From the NCBI GenBank assembly GCA_965208575.1, contig CBDBOV010000002.1, forward strand, positions 64,001 to 128,000: a DNA stretch of 64,000 nucleotides, given 5' to 3'. Both the position numbers and the translations under genes were made by a program. Source of the stretch: Spirochaetia bacterium. GTDB lineage: Bacteria > Spirochaetota > Spirochaetia > SZUA-6 > Bin103. Of this stretch, positions 51,212 through 60,091 are shown one piece after another (the first letter of the stretch is position 1; each line of letters starts with the position of its first letter). A model generated the notes under the pieces. That model was given only the letters and a program-made list of their open reading frames with translations. It made no database searches and was not told the DNA's origin.

Positions 51212-52225
51212 ATGCCGATCATCGGCGCTTCCGCCACCGACCCGAACAAGATCCTCCCGCTCACCTACCCGTGGGCGCGCGAGTTCTACAAGAACGGCGT
51301 GGCCAACAACTGGGTGCCGGAAGAAGTGTCGATGCAGAAGGACGTGGAGCAGTGGAAGGCGCCGGACGTGCTGAGCGGCACCGAGCGGCGCCTGATCCTG
51401 TGGAACCTCGGCTTCTTCTCCACCGCCGAGTCGCTGACCGCCAACAACATCGTGCTCGCGGTGTACCGCCACGTCACCAACCCGGAATGCCGCCAGTACC
51501 TGCTGCGGCAGGCGTTCGAGGAGGCGATTCACACCGACACCTTCATCTACTGCAGCGATTCGCTCGGCCTCGATCCCGACCACATCTACACGATGTACCA
51601 CACCATCCCGAGCATCCGCGAGAAGGACCAGTTCGTGATCGAGATCACGAAGTCGATCTTCGATCCGTCGTTCGACCTGGTCTCGCCCGCCGCCGCCGAT
51701 CGCACCGCCAACGTGCAGCGCTTCCTGCGTGACCTGATCGGCTACTACGTGATCATGGAGGGCGTCTTCTTCTACGCCGGGTTCGCCATGATGCTCGCGC
51801 TCAAACGGCAGGGCAAGATGGTCGGCATCGGGGAGCAGTTCGAATTCATCATGCGCGACGAGAGCGTACACCTGGCGTTTGGCTGCGAGCTGATCAACAC
51901 CATCAAGCAGGAGTATCCGGCCGCCTGGTCCGCCGAGCTGCAGGCGGAGGTCGTGGGCCTGGTGCGGCGCGGCGTGGAATTCGAGCAGGCGTACGCCCAC
52001 GACGCCTGCCCCGATGGTCTGCTCGGCATCAACGCCGTGCAGTTCGCCCGCTACGTCGAGTACGTCGCCGACCGCAGGCTCGAGCGTATTGGCCTGCAGC
52101 GCCAGTACGAGACCGAGAACCCGTTCCCGTGGATGGGGCACACCATGGACCTGAACAAGGAAAAGAACTTCTTCGAAACCCGGGTGACCGAGTACCAGCC
52201 CGCCGGCGCCCTCGACTGGGACTAG
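51212..52225 (+). CDS. nrdB: Ribonucleotide reductase beta subunit, class Ic (R2c) signature
   Basis: FFSTAESL, EEAIHTDTF, MEGVFFY, RDESVH, NFFETRVTEY. Confidence 0.95.
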   Translation: MPIIGASATDPNKILPLTYPWAREFYKNGVANNWVPEEVSMQKDVEQWKAPDVLSGTERRLILWNLGFFSTAESLTANNIVLAVYRHVTNPECRQYLLRQAFEEAIHTDTFIYCSDSLGLDPDHIYTMYHTIPSIREKDQFVIEITKSIFDPSFDLVSPAAADRTANVQRFLRDLIGYYVIMEGVFFYAGFAMMLALKRQGKMVGIGEQFEFIMRDESVHLAFGCELINTIKQEYPAAWSAELQAEVVGLVRRGVEFEQAYAHDACPDGLLGINAVQFARYVEYVADRRLERIGLQRQYETENPFPWMGHTMDLNKEKNFFETRVTEYQPAGALDWD

Positions 52226-52228
52226 CCG

Positions 52229-53191
52229 ATGCGAGCGATACAAGTAACCACGCCCGGAGGACCCGAGGTTCTCCGCATCACCGACCTACCCGTACCCGAA
52301 CCGGGCGCGCACGAAGTCCGCGTCAGAATCGAAGCGGCGGGTGTCAACTTCATCGACATCTACCAGCGCACCGGTCTCTACCCCGTCGCCCCGCCTTTCA
52401 CTCCCGGCATGGAGGGTGCCGGGGTGATCGATGCGGTCGGCAGCGGCGTCACCGCCGTGTCCCCCGGCACGCGCGTGGCGTACGCCATGACCGTGGGAGC
52501 CTACGCCGAATTCGCGCTCGTACCGGCGCGGGCGGTAGTGGCGCTGCCCGACGCTCTGTCCACCAGGCTGGCGGCGGCGGTGTTCCTGCAGGGTCTGACC
52601 GTGCACTACCTGGTAACCGACACGGCGCCGCTCGCCGGCGGTTCCACGGTGCTGGTGCACGCGGCCGCCGGCGGCGTCGGGCGCCTCCTGGTGCAGGCCG
52701 CGCGGCGCCGCGGCGCCACCGTCCTGGCAACCTGCTCCACGCCCGAGAAGGCTGCCATGGTGCGCGCGCTCGGCGCCCACCACGTGCTCGATTACGGCGA
52801 CGTTCCCGAGCAAGCGCGCCGCCTCACCGGCGGCGCCGGCGTCGACGTGGTGTACGACTCGGTGGGGCAGGCCACCTTTGCCGGCTCGCTGGCGGCGCTG
52901 CGCCGGCGCGGCGTGCTGGTGAGCTACGGCCAGTCGAGCGGACCGGTGACCGGCTTCGAGCCGGCGATGCTGTCGCAGGGCGGCTCGCTCTATCTCACCC
53001 GTCCGACGCTGGCCGACTACATCGCCGAGCGAAGCGAGCTGGCGGCGCGCAGCGCCGAACTGTTCTCCTGGGTTGCCACCGGCGAGCTGGACGTGCTGAT
53101 CCACCGCGAGTATCCGCTCGCCGAGGCGGCCGCCGCGCACACCGCGCTGGCCGGCCGCTCCACCACCGGCAAGCTGCTGCTCATTCCTTGA
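52229..53191 (+). CDS. qor: NADPH:quinone oxidoreductase
   Basis: GVNFIDIYQRTG, PGMEGAG, HAAAGGVG, YDSVG, YGQSSG, TTGKLLL. Confidence 0.92.
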   Translation: MRAIQVTTPGGPEVLRITDLPVPEPGAHEVRVRIEAAGVNFIDIYQRTGLYPVAPPFTPGMEGAGVIDAVGSGVTAVSPGTRVAYAMTVGAYAEFALVPARAVVALPDALSTRLAAAVFLQGLTVHYLVTDTAPLAGGSTVLVHAAAGGVGRLLVQAARRRGATVLATCSTPEKAAMVRALGAHHVLDYGDVPEQARRLTGGAGVDVVYDSVGQATFAGSLAALRRRGVLVSYGQSSGPVTGFEPAMLSQGGSLYLTRPTLADYIAERSELAARSAELFSWVATGELDVLIHREYPLAEAAAAHTALAGRSTTGKLLLIP

Positions 53192-53219
53192 CCGTGGCAC
53201 CGGGGCCGGAGTGGCGCCC

Positions 53220-53270
53220 CGGGCCGGACAGGCAGGGCCGGACAAGCAGGGCCGGGGCCGAACAGGCGGG
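53220..53270. repeat. Degenerate short repeats (CAGGGCCGGACA-like) between convergent qor and tRNA
   Basis: gggccggacaggcagggccggacaagcagggccggggccgaacagg. Confidence 0.5.
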
Positions 53271-53334
53271 CGGTCAGGAGGAGTCGGCGAGGGCGCCGGC
53301 GAGGCCGGGTGGAATCCCCGGACCTGACCCGGTT

Positions 53335-53419
53335 TGCTGCGGAAAGGACTTGAACCTTCACGGGCTAAACGCCCACTAGCCCCTCAAGCTAGCGTGTCTA
53401 CCAATTCCACCACCGCAGC
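53335..53419 (-). tRNA. tRNA-Leu(GAG), CCA not encoded
   Basis: Minus strand GCTGCGGTGGTGGAATTGGTAGACACG-CTAGC-TTGAGGG-GCTAG-long variable arm-GGTTCAAGTCC-TTTCCGCAGCA; TTGACA upstream at 53453-53458. Confidence 0.96.
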
Positions 53420-53563
53420 GGACGGGGCAAGTTGCCCCATTGCGCTCCCATCTGTCAACAACGATCCGCGCATGCAATTGGCTGCAATTGGCGCACGCCC
53501 CTTGCGAAGCGGCGGTGCATCCGGTACGGTCCTGCCTCTATTTCGCACCCCGCGGAGCCGATC

Positions 53564-54538
53564 ATGGACGATACCGACCACCTGCACGGACGCTCGCTGC
53601 TCACGCTGAGCGACTTTCCTCCGGACGACGTTCGCCTGCTGCTCGCCCTCGCCCGGCGCGCCAAGGCGGATCGGCGCGCCGGCGCAGTACGCCGCCGATT
53701 CGCCGGCATGAGCCTGGCGCTGCTGTACGAGAAGCCCTCCACCCGCACCCGCTGCGCGTTCGACACCGCGTTCGGCGAAGAGGGCGGCCATACCGTGTTC
53801 CTTGGCGCCGACGACATCCACCTCGGCGTCAAGGAGTCGCTCGAGGACACCGCGCGCATCCTCGGGCGCATGTTCGACGCCATCCAGTTCCGCGGCTACG
53901 GGCAGGCGACGGTGGAGGCGCTCGCCCGGCTGTCCGGCGTGCCGGTGTACAACGGCCTCACCGATACGCGCCACCCCACCCAGGTGCTCGCCGACCTGAT
54001 GACCCTGGAAGAGCACTTCGGCCGCCTCGCCGGCCTCAGGCTCGCGTACGTCGGCGACTGCCGCAACAACATCGCAAGCTCGCTGATGATCGGCTGCAGC
54101 CTGACCGGCGTGCACTTCGCCGCCGTCGGTCCCGCCGAGCTGGCGCCGCCCGAAGCCCTGCGCCGCGAGTGCGCGCCGTTCGCCGAGGCCAGCGGCGCGC
54201 GCATCGAGTGCGGTCCCGGCACCGCGCTGGTGGCCGGCGCCGACGCCGTGTACACCGACGTGTGGGTGTCGATGGGAGAGGAGGAACAGTCCGCTGAACG
54301 GCGCGCGCTGCTGGCCCCCTACCAGGTGAACGCCGATCTGCTCGCCCGCACCGGCAACCCCGGCTGCGTGTTCATGCACGATCTGCCGGCGGTGAAGGGC
54401 AACGAGGTCACCGAGGAGGTGTTCGAAGGCCCGGCCTCGGTGGTGTGGGAGCAGGCAGAGAATCGCAAGCACACCGCGCGGGCGCTCCTGCTGGCCACGC
54501 TGGCGCGCGCCGGCGGGCGCGGCTCCACCGACCGGTAG
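53564..54538 (+). CDS. argF: Ornithine carbamoyltransferase
   Basis: KPSTRTR, HPTQ, YTDVWVSMG, MHDLP, QAENRKH. Confidence 0.9.
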   Translation: MDDTDHLHGRSLLTLSDFPPDDVRLLLALARRAKADRRAGAVRRRFAGMSLALLYEKPSTRTRCAFDTAFGEEGGHTVFLGADDIHLGVKESLEDTARILGRMFDAIQFRGYGQATVEALARLSGVPVYNGLTDTRHPTQVLADLMTLEEHFGRLAGLRLAYVGDCRNNIASSLMIGCSLTGVHFAAVGPAELAPPEALRRECAPFAEASGARIECGPGTALVAGADAVYTDVWVSMGEEEQSAERRALLAPYQVNADLLARTGNPGCVFMHDLPAVKGNEVTEEVFEGPASVVWEQAENRKHTARALLLATLARAGGRGSTDR

Positions 54539-54621
54539 CCCGTGGTGGAACCGGACGGCGCCCCGGCGGCGGCGAGCGCGCCCCGCTGACAAGGCGCGAC
54601 CAACGCGCATATCGTGTAGCG

Positions 54622-55794
54622 GTGAGCGAGGACCATCTTGGACGCGTGGCGCCCGCGCTGCGCGCCGCCGGCATCGACGGCTGGCTGTTCTACAACGTCT
54701 ATCACCGCGACCACGTCGCCGACGCGATACTCGGGGTGCCCGCCAACGCCATGAACACCCGCCCCTGGGCCGCGCTGGTCGCCGCCGACGGCACCGTGTC
54801 GCGCATCGTGCACGCCATCGAGGCGGGCGTGCTCGGCCACCTGCGGGGACCGGTGGCCACCTACGCGTCGCGCGATGAGTTCGTGGCCTGCCTGCGCACC
54901 GCCTGTGCGCGCCGCACCCCGGTGGCGGTCAACTACTCGGCCACCATTCCCGCCCTGTCCCTGGTCGACCACGGCCTGGTGGCCCTGCTGCGCCAACTCG
55001 CCATCCCCACGCTGCCGGCGGAGACGCTGATTCAGCGTGTGCTCGGCGTGCTCACCGCGGCCGGCCGCGCCAGCCACGATCGCGCGGCGGTGCTGGTGCG
55101 CGGCGTGCTCGACGACGCCTGGCGACGCCTGGCCGAACGGATACGCGGGCGCGCGGCGGTCAGCGAGGGCGAGGTGCGCGACTGGATCGCCGCGGCGTTC
55201 GCGCGCCACGGGCTGATCACCGAGGAGGCGCCGCTGGTGGCGGCCGGCACGCACAGCAACGACCCGCACTACCAGCCGGCCGGCGCCGGTGCGGCGATCG
55301 CGCCCGACCAGGTGGTGCAGTTCGACCTGTGGGCCCGCGAACCGGACGCCGCCGGCGTATACGCCGACATTTCGTGGGTGGCCTACACCGGGCACGCGGT
55401 GCCGGAGCCGGTGGCGCGCACCTTCGCCGCGCTGTGCGCCGCCCGCGACGGCGCCGTGGCGTTCATTCGCGAACGTCTCGCCGCCACGCAGCCGGTCAGC
55501 GGCGCCGCGGTGGACCGCCACACGCGCGCCATTCTCGACCGCCACCGCCTGCTGCCGTGGGTGCGCCACCGCACCGGCCACGCCATCGACACCCGCCTGC
55601 ACGGCATCGGCGTCAATCTCGACACCGTCGAGTTCCCCGACCCGCGCCCGCTGCTGCACGGCTCCTGCTTCTCGATCGAGCCCGGCGTGTACCAGGCGGA
55701 GTTCGGGCTGCGCACCGAGATCAACGCCTACGTACACGGGCGCGAGCTGGTGGTGTCCGGAGGCGCGCCGCAGCAGGAGGTGCTGCACCTGTGA
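54622..55794 (+). CDS. M24 (aminopeptidase P-like) metallopeptidase
   Basis: DPHY, FDLWA, YADISW, HRTGH, SIEPG, RTEIN metal ligands. Confidence 0.9.
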   Translation: MSEDHLGRVAPALRAAGIDGWLFYNVYHRDHVADAILGVPANAMNTRPWAALVAADGTVSRIVHAIEAGVLGHLRGPVATYASRDEFVACLRTACARRTPVAVNYSATIPALSLVDHGLVALLRQLAIPTLPAETLIQRVLGVLTAAGRASHDRAAVLVRGVLDDAWRRLAERIRGRAAVSEGEVRDWIAAAFARHGLITEEAPLVAAGTHSNDPHYQPAGAGAAIAPDQVVQFDLWAREPDAAGVYADISWVAYTGHAVPEPVARTFAALCAARDGAVAFIRERLAATQPVSGAAVDRHTRAILDRHRLLPWVRHRTGHAIDTRLHGIGVNLDTVEFPDPRPLLHGSCFSIEPGVYQAEFGLRTEINAYVHGRELVVSGGAPQQEVLHL

Positions 55795-56786
55795 CCAACG
55801 CCACCCCGCGGCAAGTGCTGGATGCACTGCGTGCCGCCGAGTCGCTGGTGGTGCTGGGCCACGAAGAGCCGGATGGCGACTGCGTTGCCTCGCAGCTCGC
55901 ACTGGCCGAGTTCCTGAGCAGCCTCGGCAAGCGTGTCGGCGTCTACTCGGCCGGGCCGTTCAACCGGTACGAAATCCGTTCTTACGCGGCGCGCTTCCGC
56001 CCGGCCATCGAGGCGGAGACGTTGCGCCGCAACCCGCTCGCGGTGCTGCTCGACTGCGCCTCGCCCGAGCGCACCGGTTCCCTGGCCGGGCAGCTCGGCG
56101 GGTTGCGCACGGTGGTGATCGACCACCACCCGCCCGGCCCGCCGGGCAGCCCCGACGCCGCTTTCGGCGACCTGCGCCTGGTCGATCCGACGGCGCCCGC
56201 CACCGCCTGTCTCGTGCAGCTCATCCTGGAGTCGAGCGGCACCGCGGTGCGCACCGATCTCGCCGAGCTGCTGCTGCTCGGCCTGTGCACGGATACCGGC
56301 TTCTTCTGCCACGTCGCGGCCGGCAACACCACCGCGTTCGAGGCCGCCGCCCGCCTGGTGGCCAGTGGCGCGAGCCCGCGCGCCACCCACCAGAGCATCT
56401 ACGGCGGGCGCAGCTTCGCCCACCGCCGCCTGCTCGGCACCCTGCTGCTGCGTACCGAACGGTTCCACGGCGGCCGGGTGCTGTTTACCTATCAGTCGCT
56501 CGCCGATCTGCGCGAACTCGGGGAGGGTCCGGCCGGACAGGACGAGCTCTACCAGTTGTTGCGTACGGTGGACGGCAGCGACGTGCTCGCGTTCGTCCGC
56601 GAGCGGCGCGAGGGGGAGTGCTCGGTGAGTCTGCGCTCCGCGCCGAGCGTGGATGTCGCGGCGGTGGCACGCCGCTTCGGCGGCGGCGGACACCGGCAGG
56701 CGGCCGGGTTCACCTGGGCCGGCAACGTGCACACGTTGCGCCCCCTGCTGATCAGCCGCCTCGCTCCGCAGAGTAAATCAGGGTAA
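55791..56786 (+). CDS. nrnA: DHH/DHHA1 bifunctional oligoribonuclease/pAp phosphatase
   Basis: GHEEPDGDC, LLD, IDHH, TDTG, SLRS, GGGGHRQAAG. Confidence 0.9.
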   Translation: MTNATPRQVLDALRAAESLVVLGHEEPDGDCVASQLALAEFLSSLGKRVGVYSAGPFNRYEIRSYAARFRPAIEAETLRRNPLAVLLDCASPERTGSLAGQLGGLRTVVIDHHPPGPPGSPDAAFGDLRLVDPTAPATACLVQLILESSGTAVRTDLAELLLLGLCTDTGFFCHVAAGNTTAFEAAARLVASGASPRATHQSIYGGRSFAHRRLLGTLLLRTERFHGGRVLFTYQSLADLRELGEGPAGQDELYQLLRTVDGSDVLAFVRERREGECSVSLRSAPSVDVAAVARRFGGGGHRQAAGFTWAGNVHTLRPLLISRLAPQSKSG

Positions 56787-56875
56787 ATCAGCCAGCCGTT
56801 CGAGCCCCTCCGCGCGCCGGATCGTATCGCGTTCTGGCATGACGCTTGCTTCCAGGCGGGAACGGAGGTATCGAC

Positions 56876-57850
56876 ATGCTGGAGTTTCCGGCCGGGTTTT
56901 GCAACGAACGGGTATTCGCCGCCCAGCGGTCGCGCCGGCTGCGGCACGCCATGGTCGACAAGTTGGCCGCTTACGCCTATCAGTTCCCGCACAGCACGGT
57001 GGCGTGCCTGGACGAGGATGTACCGGGCGACTTCTTCCTGTACTGCTACGACAAGCTGGAACTGATAATCGACCGCTTCGAGGACCGCGGCATTCCGTTC
57101 GAACACTACTGCAATTCGGTGCTGCGCTGGCAACTGCGCAGCTATCTCAGAGACCGCAAGCATCTCGATCAGCGGTGGCGGGTCGCACTGTACAACCTGG
57201 CGTGGGACAGCAAGGAGTCCATTGCCCGCTGGCAACGCTCGTTCGATCCCGCCCGCGCCGCGGCACGTACGGAACCGCCGCGGCCGCCCATCGCTGCCGG
57301 CCGCGAGTCGCCGGCGCGCGCGCCGGCGCTGCGGCTGGCCGATCCGGCCGGCACGTTCCGCGCGGGCGCCACGCAACGGCCGCGGCGACTCCGGACGCGC
57401 CGCTTCAGGTTGCCGGAGGATCCCTTCCAGCGGCGCATGTTGTACGTACTGTTGAAAACGGCCGACCTGCTCGACGACCGGCAGTTCGCCGCCCTGGTCG
57501 ATGCCACCGGCTGCCATCCCGACAGCCTGCACCCGCTGTTCAGCCGGCTGGGCCGGTTCCGGGAGTCGGCGTACCGGCGCCGGCAAATGCTGCGCGACCG
57601 CCGCAACCGGGCATTCGCGGCGCTGCACGTCTGCGTCGTGCGGGCGAAAGCGGAACCCGACCCGCGCCTCCGCCGGCGGCTGCTCGGGCGTGCAGCGCGC
57701 TGCCGACGCACGGTCGCGGTGGCCCAGTTCGAGCTGTCACGGGTGCGCATGGCGCCGAGCAATCGCCACATCGCCGCCGTGCTCGGCATACCCAAGGGCA
57801 CGGTCGATACCGGGTTGCACCTGTTGCAGCACAACAATGGGTCACAGTAA
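56876..57850 (+). CDS. Hypothetical protein with sigma70 region-2-like N-terminus and region-4-like HTH
   Basis: RBS GGAGG; DFFLYCYDKL..IIDRFEDRGIPFEHY; C-terminal PSNRHIAAVLGIPKGTVDTGL. Confidence 0.7.
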   Translation: MLEFPAGFCNERVFAAQRSRRLRHAMVDKLAAYAYQFPHSTVACLDEDVPGDFFLYCYDKLELIIDRFEDRGIPFEHYCNSVLRWQLRSYLRDRKHLDQRWRVALYNLAWDSKESIARWQRSFDPARAAARTEPPRPPIAAGRESPARAPALRLADPAGTFRAGATQRPRRLRTRRFRLPEDPFQRRMLYVLLKTADLLDDRQFAALVDATGCHPDSLHPLFSRLGRFRESAYRRRQMLRDRRNRAFAALHVCVVRAKAEPDPRLRRRLLGRAARCRRTVAVAQFELSRVRMAPSNRHIAAVLGIPKGTVDTGLHLLQHNNGSQ

Positions 57851-57860
57851 CCTTGCCGCG

Positions 57861-58478
57861 ATGGAGTTGGTCCTGGCCAGCAACAATCCGCACAAGGTCA
57901 CCGAAGTGCGCCGCATCCTGGTCGGAGCCGCCGTGCGCACCCCAGCCGAACTCGGCGTATCGTTCTCCTTCGAGGAGACCGGCTCCACCTACGAGCAGAA
58001 CGCCCTCGGCAAGGCGCGCCACCTGCACGGCCTGATCGGCATGCCGACGCTGGCCGACGATTCCGGACTTGCCGTGGCGGCACTCGGCGGCGCGCCCGGC
58101 GTTCGTTCGGCCCGCTTCGGACCGCCGGGCGCGGCACTGGACGACGCCGGACGCTGCGCGTACCTGCTGTCCCTGCTGCACGGCGCCGCCGACCGCTCGG
58201 CGGCATTCATCTGCTGCATAGCGGTGGTACTCGATGCACGGCGCCTGGTGCTGGTGCAGGAGGCGGTGGCGGGACGGATCGCGCCGCGGCCGCGCGGCGC
58301 GCACGGGTTCGGCTACGACCCGGTGTTCCTGGTCGACGACGACGACGGCGGCGGCGGCGGCGGCGAGCGCACCATGGCGGAGCTGACCGCCGCCGGCAAG
58401 GACCGCCTCTCGCACCGTGGGCGAGCGCTGCGCCGTATCGCCGCGCTGCTCACCTGCCCGCCGCCGCCGCCCTCCTGA
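57861..58478 (+). CDS. rdgB: Non-canonical purine NTP pyrophosphatase
   Basis: LASNNPHKV.E, EETG.TY.QNA..KA, ADDSGL, GVRSAR, GFGYDP, SHRGRA. Confidence 0.95.
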   Translation: MELVLASNNPHKVTEVRRILVGAAVRTPAELGVSFSFEETGSTYEQNALGKARHLHGLIGMPTLADDSGLAVAALGGAPGVRSARFGPPGAALDDAGRCAYLLSLLHGAADRSAAFICCIAVVLDARRLVLVQEAVAGRIAPRPRGAHGFGYDPVFLVDDDDGGGGGGERTMAELTAAGKDRLSHRGRALRRIAALLTCPPPPPS

Positions 58479-58494
58479 AACCGGGGCCGCACGC

Positions 58495-59700
58495 TCATCC
58501 GCCGCGCAACAGGCTGGTCAGAAACGACAGGCCCACGAAGGTACCGATCGCGCTGCCGACGCTCGACATGAAGAACACCGCCAGTATGTGGGTGACCCGG
58601 TTGCGCAGAATGCCGCGCACGCTGCCCACGTCCTGTGACAGGTTCTCGAAGTCGACCACCCTCGGCTTGCGCACCATCGCCTGGATCAGCCCGGCCACGA
58701 TACCCACGCCGATGGTGGGGTTCACGGAAGTGATCGGCGCCGCCGCAAACGAGGAAATGATGGTGAGGGGGTGCGCCAGCGCCGCGAGCGCGCCCAGCGC
58801 GGCGAGCGTGCCGTTCACCAGCACCCATTGGGCCAGCTTCTCGATGGTCACCTCGGCGCCGGCACGCAGGAAACCGTACCCCACCAGCGCCACGAACAGC
58901 GCCGGGATGGTCCACGGCAGCAGCCGCGGCAGGCGGCCGGGAGGCGGCACGTGATCCAACTCGTCCAGTTCCTCGATGCGCGGCGGGCGGCGCCGATACA
59001 CGGACAGCCAGCGCTCGATGCCCGGCACGTGGCCGGCGCCGACGACCGCCAACACGCGCTCGCCGCCGGCCTCGAAGATGCGCTGCGCCAGGTACCGGTC
59101 GCGCTCGTCGATCAGCACCTCCTTGACCTGGGGCAGGTAGTCTGCGAGTTCGTCGAGCATGCCCTGCAGCGCGCCGCGCTCCTTGAGCGCCTCGACCTGC
59201 TCGCCGTCCAGCTTCTCGTTCGAGAATCCCGCCGCCAGCAGCGCCGCGAGCAGCTTGAGGCGGCCCCACCAGCCGGTCTTGCGCCACGCACGCCGCAGCG
59301 TCACCTGGATCTCCCGGTCGCACAGCACGAAGGGGATCCCGTCCGCCTCCGCCTCCGCCACCGCCGCGGCCATCTCCGCGCCGGGCTGCACGCCGAGGTC
59401 CATGCCCAGGCGCCGCTGAAACGAGTGCAGCACGATGTTGGTGAGCATCAGGAAACCCTTGCGCTGCTTGAGCACACGCCGGATGTCCAGTTCCATCCAG
59501 CGCCGTTCGCTGCTCATGGTCGCATAGCGACTGGCATCGAGTTCCACGCACACGCAGTCCGGCTGCTCGCGGGCGACGGCGTCGCGCACTTCGGCAACGC
59601 TGCGCTGCGAGATGTGCGCGGTGCCGATCAGGACAACCGAGCGCTCACCAAGTGGTACCGTGACGGGCGCCGAAGCGGGCGAATCAGGTGAATCAGGCAT
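58495..59700 (-). CDS. TraB/GumN family protein with C-terminal TM helices
   Basis: IGTAHIS, CVELD, PGAEM, CDREIQVT, DERD, VGAGHVPG. Confidence 0.92.
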   Translation of the reverse strand: MPDSPDSPASAPVTVPLGERSVVLIGTAHISQRSVAEVRDAVAREQPDCVCVELDASRYATMSSERRWMELDIRRVLKQRKGFLMLTNIVLHSFQRRLGMDLGVQPGAEMAAAVAEAEADGIPFVLCDREIQVTLRRAWRKTGWWGRLKLLAALLAAGFSNEKLDGEQVEALKERGALQGMLDELADYLPQVKEVLIDERDRYLAQRIFEAGGERVLAVVGAGHVPGIERWLSVYRRRPPRIEELDELDHVPPPGRLPRLLPWTIPALFVALVGYGFLRAGAEVTIEKLAQWVLVNGTLAALGALAALAHPLTIISSFAAAPITSVNPTIGVGIVAGLIQAMVRKPRVVDFENLSQDVGSVRGILRNRVTHILAVFFMSSVGSAIGTFVGLSFLTSLLRGG

Positions 59701-59779
59701 TTGTGTTCCGCGCTCAGATTATCGTGTACCGTGACTTGCCGCTACGGTCTCCGGATGATACTATCGACTACTTGGGTGA

Positions 59780-60070
59780 CGGTCTGTGAATAACTTGTGG
59801 ACATCCAACAGCTTCCCAGGACACAAGCAATTGCAGCGTTCCACAGACCTGCTCAGGAATCGCAAGTAACTCGGCATGAAATCATCTTGCTTGGCACAAA
59901 TTATTTCTATACAAGAACTTACAAGTTATTCTGATGCCCTTTCAGGTTCCGTAATGTCACAAAATGTGACACGGCAGGGCTCGCGACTCCTTTCAACTGC
60001 TTGTGAATAACTTGTGCACGAAATGGTTCGATAACCGCTTATCAGCGGTTTTTCCGGGTGCAATTGGCTC
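59780..60070. other. Probable oriC, upstream part / dnaA promoter with DnaA boxes
   Basis: AT-rich; TGTGAATAA at 59785 and 60002, each followed by CTTGTG; TGTGGACAT 59796; TGTGCACGA 60013. Confidence 0.8.
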
Positions 60071-60091
60071 CACGTGGACAGGAGGCGAATA

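Noticed and set aside
53191-53419. tRNA-Leu as an island integration site
   Set aside because: No integrase and no duplicate of the tRNA 3' end noticed in the window
60001-60020. Rex operator (TTGTGAA-N4-TTCACAA)
   Set aside because: Right half reads TTGTGCA; better explained as tandem DnaA boxes
59700-60091. Missing rpmH-rnpA upstream of dnaA as an anomaly
   Set aside because: In several spirochaetes these genes lie downstream of dnaN, which would be outside this window
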